DNA of 60,939 bases, the filler included. It is 9 parts of 9 records of this genome, joined end to end, with 100 filler letters (N's around TTAATTAATTAA, not from the genome) between each part and the next. Parts side by side here need not be neighbours in the genome. Positions count along the whole stretch, not along the records: positions 47,263 to 54,929 come from SRR31156797_60847; positions 55,030 to 60,939 come from SRR31156797_60966; 7 more parts are not named here. One strand, given 5' to 3'. Positions 50,832 through 60,939 of this stretch are shown here, piece by piece (position 1 is the stretch's first letter; every line of letters starts with the position of its first letter). Position numbers and translations under genes: made by a program. The notes under the pieces were generated by a model. The model worked only from the letters and a program-made list of their open reading frames with translations. It was not told the origin of the DNA and did no database searches.

Positions 50832-52850
50832 ATGAATGATACCAACACATTAAAAAATTCTACCTCACCCTATTTGTTACAACATGCCAACAATCCGGTT
50901 AACTGGCAGGAGTGGAGTGAAGAGCTGCTTGCTGAGGCAAAAAAGGAGGATAAGCTTATTTTGGTAAGTATTGGATATGCCGCATGCCATTGGTGTCATG
51001 TAATGGAACATGAAAGCTTTGAAGAAAGTGCTGTTGCCCGGGAGATGAACAAGCACTTTGTATGCATTAAAGTTGACAGGGAAGAGCGGCCTGATGTGGA
51101 TCATTATTACATGAGTGCTGTACAGTTGATGGGGCAGCAGGGGGGCTGGCCTTTAAATGTAATTGCCTTACCCGATGGACGCCCCATTTGGGGAGGTACG
51201 TATTTCCCCAAAGAGAACTGGGTGAAAAACTTAAATGCAGTGGCCGCATTTTATAAAGATAAGCGACAAAAAGCCGAAGAATATGCTGATCAGTTGCAAC
51301 AAGGCATAAAACAGGTTTCGCTAATGCCCCGGCTTGAAGAAGTAATTCCGACAAATAAAAAACTATTAGAACGTGGGATTGAAAGCTGGAAGCGCCATTT
51401 TGATGCGCAGGAAGGTGGAAGAAATGGAGCACCGAAATTTCCAATGCCCGTAAACCTCAATTTTCTGCTTTATTACGGTTATATAAGCAGCGATCAAACG
51501 GTTTTGGATTTTGTGGAAACCAGTCTGCTGAAAATGGCACGTGGTGGAATTTATGATCAGCTGGGAGGTGGTTTTGCACGCTATTCGGTGGATGATAAGT
51601 GGAAAGTACCTCATTTTGAAAAAATGCTTTACGATAATGGGCAGCTGCTGAGCATTTATGCCAAAGCTTACCAACATTTTAAGCACGAAGAATTTAAAAC
51701 GGTGGTATATGAAACGGTGACTTTTCTGGAGCGTGAATTGATGGACGACAGTGGTGCTTTTTATTCATCGCTTGATGCCGACAGCGAAGGCGAAGAAGGA
51801 AAGTACTATGTATGGAAAAAGACGGAGCTTCATGTTATTTTAGGTGAGGAATATGCGCTGTTTGAAGAATATTACCATGTAAACGGTAAAGGTTTTTGGG
51901 AGCAGGGCAACAATATTCTTTTACGCGAAGGAAGCAACGAGGCTTTTGCTGCTAAACACAGTTTAACACTAAACCAGCTTTCAGTAATACTGGGCAAATG
52001 GAAATATGCTTTATTGAAAGAACGCAATTTAAGGGTGAGACCCGGGCTCGATAACAAAACACTTTGCTCGTGGAATGCACTTGCCATAACCGGTCTGGTA
52101 GATGCGTGGAAGGCTTTCAAAGAGATGGACTTTTTAAGATTGGCTAAACGAAATGCCACATTTCTTGAGCAAAACTTAATGGATACAAATAACAATTTAT
52201 ACCACAGTTGGAAAGCTGGAGAAAGCAAGATTGAAGCTTTTTTAGAAGATTATGTCTTGCTTACACAGGCCTTTCTTGATTTATTTGAGCATAGCGGAGA
52301 GGATAAGTGGTTCAAATTATCGGAAAAGTTATTAGAGATATCCTTCAAAAAGTTTTTTGATGAACAAACGGGTTTATTTCTTTTTTCATCAAAAGAAAGC
52401 CATTCATCAATCAGTAATTATTTTCAAAAGGAAGACAATGTAATTCCGGCAGCCAATTCGGTAATGGCAAATAATTTACACCGTTTTTATCTTTTGCAAG
52501 GACAACCCGAATACCAGAATGTTGCTAAAAAGATGCTTCAGTACATTACGCCCAATTTCGCGCAATATCCCATGGCCTATGCCAATTGGGGGACGTTAAT
52601 GTTAAAGCTGACTCACAATTTTTACGAAGTGGCTGTTTGTGGTTTAAATGCCAAACTGCTGTTAAGCGATATGCAAAAAGGATTTACCCCAAATGTTTTA
52701 TGGGCTTTTTCCGAAGAAGCAAGTGATCTTCCGTTTTTGAAAGATCGTACGGTTAGTAATAAAGATCTTGTTTATGTGTGTAGCGGAGGCCAGTGTAAAA
52801 TGCCGGTTGAGACTGCAAATGAAGCACTAAGCATAATAAGTCAGAAATGA
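50832..52850 (+). CDS. Thioredoxin-domain / six-hairpin YyaL (SPATA20-like) protein
   Basis: [45 protein letters not shown]. Confidence 0.93.
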   Translation: MNDTNTLKNSTSPYLLQHANNPVNWQEWSEELLAEAKKEDKLILVSIGYAACHWCHVMEHESFEESAVAREMNKHFVCIKVDREERPDVDHYYMSAVQLMGQQGGWPLNVIALPDGRPIWGGTYFPKENWVKNLNAVAAFYKDKRQKAEEYADQLQQGIKQVSLMPRLEEVIPTNKKLLERGIESWKRHFDAQEGGRNGAPKFPMPVNLNFLLYYGYISSDQTVLDFVETSLLKMARGGIYDQLGGGFARYSVDDKWKVPHFEKMLYDNGQLLSIYAKAYQHFKHEEFKTVVYETVTFLERELMDDSGAFYSSLDADSEGEEGKYYVWKKTELHVILGEEYALFEEYYHVNGKGFWEQGNNILLREGSNEAFAAKHSLTLNQLSVILGKWKYALLKERNLRVRPGLDNKTLCSWNALAITGLVDAWKAFKEMDFLRLAKRNATFLEQNLMDTNNNLYHSWKAGESKIEAFLEDYVLLTQAFLDLFEHSGEDKWFKLSEKLLEISFKKFFDEQTGLFLFSSKESHSSISNYFQKEDNVIPAANSVMANNLHRFYLLQGQPEYQNVAKKMLQYITPNFAQYPMAYANWGTLMLKLTHNFYEVAVCGLNAKLLLSDMQKGFTPNVLWAFSEEASDLPFLKDRTVSNKDLVYVCSGGQCKMPVETANEALSIISQK

Positions 52851-53631
52851 AACTAATAGAAGTACTTATTGTTGGGCAAGGATTAGCCGGAAAACTGTTG
52901 GTCTTTGAGTTATTGGACGTGGGAATTGATTTTGTATTGTAAGTTCGCCACAAAAAAGCAAAGCTTCGTTGGTTGCCGCTGGAGTGGTAAATCCCCTGGT
53001 GTTTAAACGAATGACAAAACGTTGGATGGTAGTTGATTTGTTTCCTTTTATGAAGCATAAATACCAGGAGTTGGAAGAGCTGTTTTCTGAAAAACAATTG
53101 GAAAAGAACAATTTCTGTTTAAACAAGCATGTATTTAATAGGATTGTCTGCTGCTAGGGATTTCATCTTTTTAAGAATTCGCTTTTCAATTTTGTAAAAA
53201 TGAATCCCGCAAAAGGGCAGGTATAATTGTTGCGCATTCCCCAATTATCTGAAAACTATATTTACAACAAGCGAGTGTTTTTATTGCCAGTGGGTAAGCA
53301 ACTGTTTAAAGTAGGTTCTACTTATGAATGGGACGATTTGACTGAAAGCATTAGCGATAAAGGCAAACATTCGATATTAGAAAGGATTGATAAGTTAATT
53401 ACTTGCAAATATGATTTAGAGGCACAGTGGTCTGGTGTGCGCCCTACCATAAAAGATCGCAGACCAGTTTTAGGAGAGCACCCGCAGTTTTCTCATTTAT
53501 ATGCATTTAACGGCTTGGGTACAAAAGGAGTAATGCTGGCGCCTTGGTTTGCCTGGCAAATGCGTTATCTGCTTGAAGACAGTAAGTATTGGTTGCAAGC
53601 AGAAGTTAACATCAATAGATTTTGGGGCTAA
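52847..53631 (+). pseudogene. Decayed DAO-family FAD-dependent oxidoreductase
   Basis: [15 protein letters not shown] start, frameshift near 52940, in-frame stops at 53155 and 53224, intact tail GVRPT...NGLGTKGVMLAP. Confidence 0.85.
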
Positions 53632-53688
53632 AAGACTCAGCTCCGAAAGAAAAACTCCCGGAGCTGATATATAAAAACGAGTTAGGAT

Positions 53689-54929
53689 TTAATCCATCAG
53701 TTTCATTTGTAAATATACAAATTCGAGTGCGGCTACTTTTGCGTGCTGATCGTTGGTTGAAGCACCAGCGTGGCCGCCTTCGGTGTTTTCAAAGTAATAA
53801 ACTTTGTACCCCATATCGCTCATTTTTGCAACCATTTTACGTGCATGCCCCGGGTGTACACGGTCGTCTCTGGTTGAAGTAGTAAAAAATACTTCGGGGT
53901 ATTTCATTCCTTCTTTAACATTTTGGTAAGGTGAGTATTTTTTTATGTATTCCCATTCTTCCGGAATATCCGGATTTCCATATTCTGCCATCCAACTGGC
54001 ACCTGCCAATAATTTGTTATAGCGTTTCATATCCAGAAGCGGTACAGCACAAACTACGGCATTATACAGGTCGGGACGCTGAGTAAAGCCAACTCCTACC
54101 AATAAGCCTCCGTTACTTCCTCCAATTATTCCCAAACGGCGTGGTTTGGTTATTTTTCGGGCCATTAAATCCTCCGCAACGGAAAAATAGTCATCGTAAA
54201 TGCGCTGACGATTTTCCTTTAAACCAGCCTGGTGCCATTTGGGCCCAAATTCACCACCTCCACGGATATTTGCCAGAACATAAACACCTCCTTTTTCCAA
54301 CCAGGCTGTTCCGGTAACAGCGCTGTAACGTGGCAAACGCGGAACCTCAAAGCCTCCGTATGCGCCAATAAGTGTTGGATTATCGCCATTGTGTTTCATG
54401 TCTTTCCGTCTTACCACAAAATATGGTATCATTGTGCCATCGGTTGAAGCTACTTCAAATTGCTCCACCATATAATTTTCTGTAGGGAAAAAGGATTTCA
54501 GCGATTTTACTTTTTCAAATTTCTCACTTTGTGCATTGGCACTGTATAGTGTTGATGGTTCAAGGAAATTTTGGAAATAGAAAAAGAACAGATCGCTTTC
54601 ATCATCTGCCGATCCAAGTGAAATATTACCATATTGCGGGGCCTCTATTTTCTTTTTTATCCATTTACCATCAAAAGAATATTTATATAATTCACTTTTT
54701 ACATTGGTGAGCATATTTACCAATAAAGCATTTTTTGTAGCATTTGTTCCCGAAATGCTCGAGCGCTCATCCGGTGAAACAATAAGTTGATAGTTGGTTC
54801 CTCCTTTTAACAATTCATCGTATGCGATACTTACCATATCGCCTTGCTTAAATGAAGAATTTCCAATGGCCCAGTCGGATTTTAGGTTGAAAATAACCTG
54901 TTTCTTAAAAATATTACCTAACTCAATAT
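53689..54929 (-). CDS. Prolyl oligopeptidase (S9A), 5' truncated
   Basis: YGGF, NIRGGGEFG, GGSNGGLL, DDRVHP, GGHAG. Confidence 0.93.
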
Positions 54930-55029
54930 NNNNNNNNNNNNNNNNNNNNNNNNNNNNNNNNNNNNNNNNNNNNTTAATTAATTAANNNNNNNNNNNNNNN
55001 NNNNNNNNNNNNNNNNNNNNNNNNNNNNN
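54930..55029. other. Artificial contig spacer
   Basis: N44-TTAATTAATTAA-N44. Confidence 0.99.
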
Positions 55030-55392
55030 CGGACCTCACCCCTTTGAGATAGTTCATGCTGAACTGGCCATGGCCCAGCAGCATGTCTGCGGTCTGGATG
55101 AGGTATTCCGCTGGTGGCTATCAAGATAGACTTTAAATTCTATGTTTATACAGGGGCAGAGTGAACTGATCCTTTCTCAATATCGGCAAGGTCGTTGCGG
55201 GATAATCGGCCTGATGCTATAGTCAATGTCGTTTTTAGGCACAAGATTATTTTAAAATCCCCCAGCACACCATCCCTTAAATTGAAAATTTTTTGGGCAC
55301 GCTTGGGAATCTGCCTTTTTCATTGTATGGTTCAGTTTAGATCCTGTGCCTAGGTCAGATTGTATAATAATTCATAGTACGGGCGGATTAAA

Positions 55393-56544
55393 TTGATTAA
55401 ATTGAGAAAATTTGTATCTCCGGAATTCATTTTTGGACCAGGGTCCCTGGAGACTGTAGGACAATATTCAAAGAATTTTGGTGCCAGGAAAGCCTTGGTT
55501 GTCAGTGATCCCGGGGTGGTGGCGTCGGGGTGGGCTGGACGGGTCTGTCAAATTTTGGATGGAGTTAAGGTGGCGTATGAATTGTTTTCCGAGGTTAGCC
55601 CCAACCCCAGGGTAGATGAGGTCATGTCCGGTGTTGACATGTATAAAACCAATGGATGTGATGTGATTGTTTCTATTGGTGGCGGAAGTCCGATTGATTG
55701 TGCCAAAGGCATTGGCATTGCCAGTTCAAATAATAAAAGCGTTCTTGATTTTGAAGGGGTTGATAATGTTGAAATTCCAGGGCCGCCTTTAATTTGTATT
55801 CCAACAACGGCTGGCGCTTCCGCAGATGTTTCTCAATTCGCAATTATTAATAATGTCGTCCAAAAGGTTAAAATCGCCATTATCAGTAAAAAGGTTGTCC
55901 CTGATGTCGCATTGATTGATCCTTCTACCACCACAACAATGGATCCATATTTGACAGCCTGCACAGGCATGGATGCACTATCTCATGCCATTGAGGCCTT
56001 TGCGTCGTCAGCCCATTCTCCGATTTTTGACTTACACGCCCTTGAGGCGATTCGTTTAATCAGATCGAGTCTAATTGGGGCAATCAATTCTCCCGATAAT
56101 ATTCAACTCCGAAATAAAATGATGCTGGGAAGCCTTGAGGCGGGTTTGGCTTTTTCCAATGCAAGTCTTGGTGCCGTCCATGCCATGGCCCATAGTTTGG
56201 GCGGTTTTTTGGATCTCCCCCATGGCGAATGCAATAGTATGTTGCTCGAGCATGTCATTTCCTTTAATTATGATGAGATCCCTGAACGATATGAGAAAAT
56301 AGGTCAGGCACTGGGTCTTTCCATGAAGAAAATGATCCCAAAGGATAGGAAGAAGATAATTCTGGATAGGATCAGAGAATTTAAAAATGCAACGGGAATT
56401 ACCAACACGTTAGGCGCTCGGGGGCTTCAAAAAAGTGATATCCCTGAACTTTCAAAAAAAGCAATGAATGATCCCTGCATGATAACAAATCCCCGGCGCC
56501 CGACCCTGAAAGATATTGAGGCCATTTATGAAAAAGCCCTCTGA
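55393..56544 (+). CDS. ercA: Iron-containing alcohol dehydrogenase-like regulatory protein (ErcA type)
   Basis: LRKFVSPEFIFG N-terminus, GGGS, PTTAG, DALSH, HAMAH, PHG; overlaps a downstream signalling gene. Confidence 0.8.
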   Translation: MIKLRKFVSPEFIFGPGSLETVGQYSKNFGARKALVVSDPGVVASGWAGRVCQILDGVKVAYELFSEVSPNPRVDEVMSGVDMYKTNGCDVIVSIGGGSPIDCAKGIGIASSNNKSVLDFEGVDNVEIPGPPLICIPTTAGASADVSQFAIINNVVQKVKIAIISKKVVPDVALIDPSTTTTMDPYLTACTGMDALSHAIEAFASSAHSPIFDLHALEAIRLIRSSLIGAINSPDNIQLRNKMMLGSLEAGLAFSNASLGAVHAMAHSLGGFLDLPHGECNSMLLEHVISFNYDEIPERYEKIGQALGLSMKKMIPKDRKKIILDRIREFKNATGITNTLGARGLQKSDIPELSKKAMNDPCMITNPRRPTLKDIEAIYEKAL

Positions 56545-58060
56545 TGACGAATTCAATCTGCAGTTTAATAAAATCATAGGGCTTGGAGAGACATCCACCA
56601 GAAAAAGTTACTACCCTGAATTACAGCAAAGAATATCAGAACTGGACCTGAAGAATTCAGAGTTACTAAAAGAAATTGAGACAAGAAAACAGGCCCAAAA
56701 AGAGTTGTCTAAAAGTGAAGCATTATACCGGACGCTCGCTGAAAATATCACTGAAGGCGTACTTATAAGCGCTTCAGGAAAACTTGTCTATGTCAATCAG
56801 GCGCTTGAATCCATATTGAGACGAAGAAAAAAAGAACTTATTGGCATGGAACTTTTTGAAATTTTACATAGGGATCACCATGACAATTTATACGATCTAA
56901 TTGAGAACCATCGAAATACCCGGTCCCCTGAAAAGTTCAGATCACTTTGTATCCGGGGAGATGATAAAAGAATTTGGCTGCGGGGAACCTATCAAATCAT
57001 TCAATGGCAGGGTGAAAAGGCTGGTTTGATTACGGCAAGGGATGTTACAGAACAGGTGGAAAAAGAGAAACTTGCCAATGAAATTCAGCAGGAAAATTTA
57101 TTGTTAAAATCTAAGAATTTACACCGGTATGGATTGGGACCCCTTGTGGGAACCAGTGAAAAAATGCAGGGTGTATATGAAAAAATTATTAAAGCCGCGG
57201 CCATAGAAGCCAATGTGGTTGTATATGGTGAATCCGGTACCGGCAAGGAGTTGGTGTCAAGGTCCATCCATGATTTGAGCAATAGAAATGAAAATCCGTA
57301 TATTGCTGTCAATTGCGGCGCTATACCGGAAAATCTTTTTGAAAGTGAGTTTTTCGGTCATAAAAAAGGGGCTTTTTCCGGTGCAAACATAGACAAAATA
57401 GGGTTCTTTGAAAGCGCAGCCCAAGGGACCCTGTTTATGGATGAAGTCGGAGAAATACCCCAAAGCCTTCAGGTTAAACTGCTCAGGGCCATTGATGGTG
57501 GTGGATACACCCCGGTTGGAAGCACCCAGACAAAAAAATCGGATGTGCGGATCATTGCTGCAACAAATCAGGATTTACAATCAATGACCGAAAAGGGGAT
57601 CATACGGGAGGACTTTTTCTTCAGAATTCATATTGTACCTATTCATCTGCCACCCTTAAAAGAGCGCAAAGAAGATATTCCCCTTTTAATTTATCACTTC
57701 GTTAAAAAAATGGGGGGGACAGAAAAGAATGTTTCCATTCCAGATGCCATTGTAAAAAAATTTCAAGAACATGACTGGCCCGGTAACGTTCGTGAACTGC
57801 AAAATGCTGTATCCCGATATCTTGCATTCAATACAATTGAGTTTTCAAAAGAAGAGGGTGATAGGATAGAAGGCCAAACAAGTTTTGGGGACCCCTCTTT
57901 AAAAAGAGCCTGTCTTAATGATCTTGTCAATGGCTATGAACGGCGGATTATCCAAAACGCATTATTTGAAACAAAGGGTAATATTTCAAAAGCCGCAGAC
58001 TTCCTGAAGATTGGGAGACGGTCTCTCCAAAGAAAAATTACACGGCTTGAAATTTATTAG
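56528..58060 (+). CDS. PAS-containing sigma54-dependent activator (AAA+ plus Fis HTH)
   Basis: GESGTGKE, GAFSGA, FMDEVGE, WPGNVREL, GNISKAADFLKI; PAS-like segment; no receiver domain. Confidence 0.92.
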   Translation: MKKPSDDEFNLQFNKIIGLGETSTRKSYYPELQQRISELDLKNSELLKEIETRKQAQKELSKSEALYRTLAENITEGVLISASGKLVYVNQALESILRRRKKELIGMELFEILHRDHHDNLYDLIENHRNTRSPEKFRSLCIRGDDKRIWLRGTYQIIQWQGEKAGLITARDVTEQVEKEKLANEIQQENLLLKSKNLHRYGLGPLVGTSEKMQGVYEKIIKAAAIEANVVVYGESGTGKELVSRSIHDLSNRNENPYIAVNCGAIPENLFESEFFGHKKGAFSGANIDKIGFFESAAQGTLFMDEVGEIPQSLQVKLLRAIDGGGYTPVGSTQTKKSDVRIIAATNQDLQSMTEKGIIREDFFFRIHIVPIHLPPLKERKEDIPLLIYHFVKKMGGTEKNVSIPDAIVKKFQEHDWPGNVRELQNAVSRYLAFNTIEFSKEEGDRIEGQTSFGDPSLKRACLNDLVNGYERRIIQNALFETKGNISKAADFLKIGRRSLQRKITRLEIY

Positions 58061-58061
58061 C

Positions 58062-58171
58062 TGGGACAATTTGGCGCACTCCTGCGACAAATTGTCCCAA
58101 TTCCCTTCCAGGCTTGATTCTTCATCCCAGGTTTATTCATATTTCCGTTCAGGGTGCGACAAGTTGACGCG
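58062..58171. promoter_or_regulatory. Three 17-bp enhancer (UAS) boxes
   Basis: TGGGACAATTTGGCGCA (58062), TGCGACAAATTGTCCCA (58083), TGCGACAAGTTGACGCG (58155); consensus TGCGACAA-N-TTGTCGCA. Confidence 0.75.
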
Positions 58172-58221
58172 CCTATGATAAAGAATTTTATCTTCGATAA
58201 AAATAAAACAATATTCTTTAG

Positions 58222-58234
58222 TATCAATGGTTTA
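58222..58234 (+). promoter_or_regulatory. IHF binding site
   Basis: TATCAATGGTTTA matches WATCAANNNNTTR, with an A-tract upstream, between the UAS and the promoter. Confidence 0.7.
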
Positions 58235-58262
58235 TTTATACTTCTGTTCAAACTATTTAGCT

Positions 58263-58278
58263 TGGCACCGAAGTTGCT
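58263..58278 (+). promoter_or_regulatory. sigma54 -24/-12 promoter
   Basis: TGGCACCGAAGTTGCT. Confidence 0.88.
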
Positions 58279-58334
58279 TTTGTAGGGTCTCGTAAAAGTT
58301 AAATTCCCATTAAAAAAATAGGATATAAGGGCAG

Positions 58335-58688
58335 GTGAAAATTTTATTAGTCAATCTGGATGATAAGAATTCAGATGAATTGGGCCGTATTCTATCGGGA
58401 TGGGGAATGATCGTAACCCGTGCGGCTTCGGCTCAGCAGGCGGTTGAGTTGGTAAAGAAACAATTGTTTAAATTTGTCCTGATAGAATTATCTCTTCAGG
58501 ATTCCTGCTGGTTTGACGCCATCCCTAAATTGAAACTGTTTAATCCAGGCATCCGCATTCTGGTCATGACCGGGAACAGCACACCGGAATTGGAAAAAAA
58601 AGCCAGGGAATGCGGGATAGTTTTCTATGCGGGAAAACCCGTCCCCCTGGATCAATTAAAATTAATTATCAGCCAGTTAAGTGAATAA
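58335..58688 (+). CDS. Single-domain atypical response-regulator receiver
   Basis: KILLV, ILVMTG and KP receiver-fold motifs; phospho-acceptor position reads VLIELSLQD (Glu). Confidence 0.75.
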   Translation: MKILLVNLDDKNSDELGRILSGWGMIVTRAASAQQAVELVKKQLFKFVLIELSLQDSCWFDAIPKLKLFNPGIRILVMTGNSTPELEKKARECGIVFYAGKPVPLDQLKLIISQLSE

Positions 58689-58710
58689 ATATAAATTTGG
58701 AGGTTAAAAA

Positions 58711-60915
58711 ATGTTAAAAAAACTCAAATTCAACCAGCAGCTTTTGGTCATTGGGATTTCAGTAACCCTGATCCCCCTGATCATTGCTTTTGCCTTTGTA
58801 TTTAACCAGAATAAACATAAAACCCAACTGGCAAAGCAGGAAAGCATCAAAATGGCTGATGCAGACCTTCAGCACATTGTTGAAAGTATTTATACCCTTG
58901 CTAAAACCCAGCAGGAGGTGATCGAGAAAAATCTTGAAAATTCATTGAATGTTGCCGAAGATCTGCTGCTAAAAGCAGGGGGGATTCAATTTAGCCCTGA
59001 AGACCAGACATGGGATGCCGTCAATCAATATTCAAAAGCAATTGCTTCTGTGACACTTCCCAAAATGCTCATGGGAGAAACCTGGCTGGGCAAAATCAGC
59101 AATAAGAATCAGCCGGCCCCCCTGGTGGACGAGGTGATGAAATTAGTCGGAACAACCTGTACGGTGTTTCAATTGATGAATCCTGGCGGCGATATGCTGC
59201 GGGTTGCCACCAATGTAATTAAGAAAAACGGTCAGCGGGCCATTGGCAGCTATATCCCAAGTACCAATCCAGATGGTTCTGCCAATCCGGTTATTTCAAG
59301 TGTTAAACAGGGGCAAACCTATGTGGGAAGGGCCTATGTCGTAAACGGATGGTATATCACCGCCTATAAACCCCTTTATGATCAAAACAGGCAGCTTGTG
59401 GGCATGCTCTATGTCGGAATTCCCCAGGAAAGCACCACCACCCTTCGCAAGGTGGTTATGGATATGGTTATCGGTAAAACCGGATATGTTTATGTTCTGG
59501 ATAAAACCGGCAGTTACGTCATTTCCGAAAACGGCGAACAGGATGGGAAGAACATAATAGACAGCAGGGATGAGACCGGGCAGTACTTCATCAAAGCCTT
59601 AATTGGAAAGGCCCTAAGGCTGAAAGGCGGTATGACCGCAGACCATACCTATCAGTGGAAGGACACCAAAGATAATAGTGTTAAAACCAAAAAAGTTAAA
59701 ATGGCCTATTTTAAAAAATGGGACTGGATTATCAGCGCCGGCAGTTTTGAGGAAGAATTTATTGAATCCGCCCTCCTGATTGAGGAAAGTGCACGGAAAG
59801 GAAATATTGCCCTCGTGATCCTTATCGGCATCTCTGTCCTTGCCGCCATTTTTGTCTGGATTCTGGTGGCGCGACGTGTCATGAAACAACTTGGAGACGA
59901 TCCGTCTGAAATCGCCAGGATTGCGGACAGCATAGCCCGGGGAGATCTTACCGTTGAGTTCACCAGTGATAAAGAAATTACGGGTGTCTATGGCAATATG
60001 AAAGAAATGAGAGACAATTTGACCCGTATGTTCACTGATATCTCAGGAGGGGTCCAGACGCTTACATCCTCCTCCACTGAACTTTCAGCCGTTTCCCAGC
60101 AGATGGCGGCAGGGTCTGAGCAATCGTCCGAAAAAGCGAATAATGTGGCTTCAGCTGCCGAAGAGATGTCCACCAGTATGAACAGTGTGGCCGCGGCCAC
60201 CGAACAGACCACTGCCAACCTTCAGATGATTGTTGCTGCAGCAGAAGAGATGTCTGTGACGATTAATGAGATTGCTGAAAATACAGCCACGGGAAGTCAG
60301 ACCACGACTGACGCAGTTGAAAAAGCAGAACATATTTCCAGGAGAGTAAATGACTTGGGCAGGGCGGCTTTGGAAATTTCCAAGGTTACGGAGACCATTT
60401 CAGATATTTCAGCCCAGACAAATCTGCTGGCTCTTAATGCGACCATTGAAGCGGCAAGAGCAGGTGAGGCAGGTAAGGGGTTTGCCGTTGTTGCCGGGGA
60501 GATTAAGGCCCTTGCTCAGCAGACGGCCCAAGCGACCGGTGAAATTGGTTCAAAGATCGATGACGTTCAGTCCAGCACACAGGAGTCTGTCGCAGCCATT
60601 GGATCCATTGTGGAAATCATTAATGAAATAGATATCATTGTGACCTCTGTGGCAACCGCCATAGAGGAGCAATCGGCCACCACCCAGGAAATTTCCAGTA
60701 ACGTCAGCCAGGCTGCTGCAGGTGTTCAGGAAGTAAATGAAAATGTCAATCAGACATCTGTAGTGGCAGGAGAGGTTACAGAGGATGTTCACAACGTCAG
60801 TCAGGCTGCCGATGAAATAAATACAGGCAGTCTTCAGGTGAACTCAAGTGCCCTGGAATTGTCAACCCTGGCTGAAAATCTTAATGAAATGGTCAGTAGA
60901 TTTAAACTGAATTAA
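58711..60915 (+). CDS. Methyl-accepting chemotaxis protein with Cache sensor domains
   Basis: Two TMs, MLRVATNV...[19 protein letters not shown] Cache motifs, [27 protein letters not shown] signalling hairpin. Confidence 0.95.
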   Translation: MLKKLKFNQQLLVIGISVTLIPLIIAFAFVFNQNKHKTQLAKQESIKMADADLQHIVESIYTLAKTQQEVIEKNLENSLNVAEDLLLKAGGIQFSPEDQTWDAVNQYSKAIASVTLPKMLMGETWLGKISNKNQPAPLVDEVMKLVGTTCTVFQLMNPGGDMLRVATNVIKKNGQRAIGSYIPSTNPDGSANPVISSVKQGQTYVGRAYVVNGWYITAYKPLYDQNRQLVGMLYVGIPQESTTTLRKVVMDMVIGKTGYVYVLDKTGSYVISENGEQDGKNIIDSRDETGQYFIKALIGKALRLKGGMTADHTYQWKDTKDNSVKTKKVKMAYFKKWDWIISAGSFEEEFIESALLIEESARKGNIALVILIGISVLAAIFVWILVARRVMKQLGDDPSEIARIADSIARGDLTVEFTSDKEITGVYGNMKEMRDNLTRMFTDISGGVQTLTSSSTELSAVSQQMAAGSEQSSEKANNVASAAEEMSTSMNSVAAATEQTTANLQMIVAAAEEMSVTINEIAENTATGSQTTTDAVEKAEHISRRVNDLGRAALEISKVTETISDISAQTNLLALNATIEAARAGEAGKGFAVVAGEIKALAQQTAQATGEIGSKIDDVQSSTQESVAAIGSIVEIINEIDIIVTSVATAIEEQSATTQEISSNVSQAAAGVQEVNENVNQTSVVAGEVTEDVHNVSQAADEINTGSLQVNSSALELSTLAENLNEMVSRFKLN

Positions 60916-60939
60916 GGGTTCCTCGAATAATCACATGAA

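Noticed and set aside
52847-53631. Programmed stop read-through or recoding in the oxidoreductase
   Set aside because: Mixed TAG and TAA stops plus a frameshift fit decay; neighbouring genes use the standard code
5161-55029. Eight regularly recurring TTAATTAATTAA motifs in N-runs
   Set aside because: Artificial six-frame-stop linkers, not a biological repeat; no functional link was inferred across them
55031-55129. Possible 3' end of a gene (GPHPFEIVHAELAMAQQHVCGLDEVFRWWLSR)
   Set aside because: Too short to assign or confirm
1-60939. CRISPR arrays, tRNA/rRNA genes, integrases, retrons or defence systems
   Set aside because: No spaced direct repeats, RNA-gene signatures or matching proteins found by eye; a covariance-model scan was not possible

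Overview
This window is not one locus. It is nine unrelated contig fragments joined by artificial 100-nt spacers (N44-TTAATTAATTAA-N44), so gene neighbourhood only has meaning within a fragment. Taxonomic labels are inferences from protein style and codon usage. (1) 1-5160, deltaproteobacterium-like: anti-sigma factor, nitronate monooxygenase-like flavoenzyme, sulfotransferase, alpha/beta hydrolase, multi-pass membrane protein, histidine-kinase tail. (2) 5261-11992, Desulfovibrio-like: EamA, DUF697, PACE pump, and a TagF-like/cytidylyltransferase/pseF/pseG glycosylation cluster. (3) 12093-19761, Vibrio-like: TonB receptor with a candidate Fur box, fecBCDE-like ABC system and a kinase-fold gene. 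(4) 19862-29560, spirochaete-like: QueG-like, UroD-like, GntR and TetR genes with visible operators, a DUF1893-fused metal ABC ATPase, and a stand-alone trpB. (5) 29661-35220, planctomycete-like: Hsp20 with a sigma54 promoter and three consecutive rubredoxin-bearing enzymes. (6) 35321-41776, clostridial: ssnA-hydA-xdh-guaD purine catabolism. (7) 41877-47162, planctomycete-like: TIM-barrel/2xDUF1080 fusion, Tat-exported Gfo/Idh/MocA and a cytochrome c with at least 7 hemes. (8) 47263-54929, Bacteroidota: ftsE, glycosyltransferase, murB, YyaL-like protein, a decayed FAD oxidoreductase, prolyl oligopeptidase. (9) 55030-60939, Desulfobacteraceae-like: ErcA-like Fe-ADH coupled to a PAS-sigma54 activator, with enhancer, IHF site and -24/-12 promoter visible upstream of a pseudo-receiver and a chemoreceptor. 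The best candidates for under-described systems are the ErcA-activator-chemoreceptor circuit, the triple-rubredoxin operon, the keto-glycoside/multiheme cytochrome cluster, the DUF1893-ABC transporter and the kinase attached to the iron-uptake operon. I saw no CRISPR array, rRNA, tRNA or transposase.
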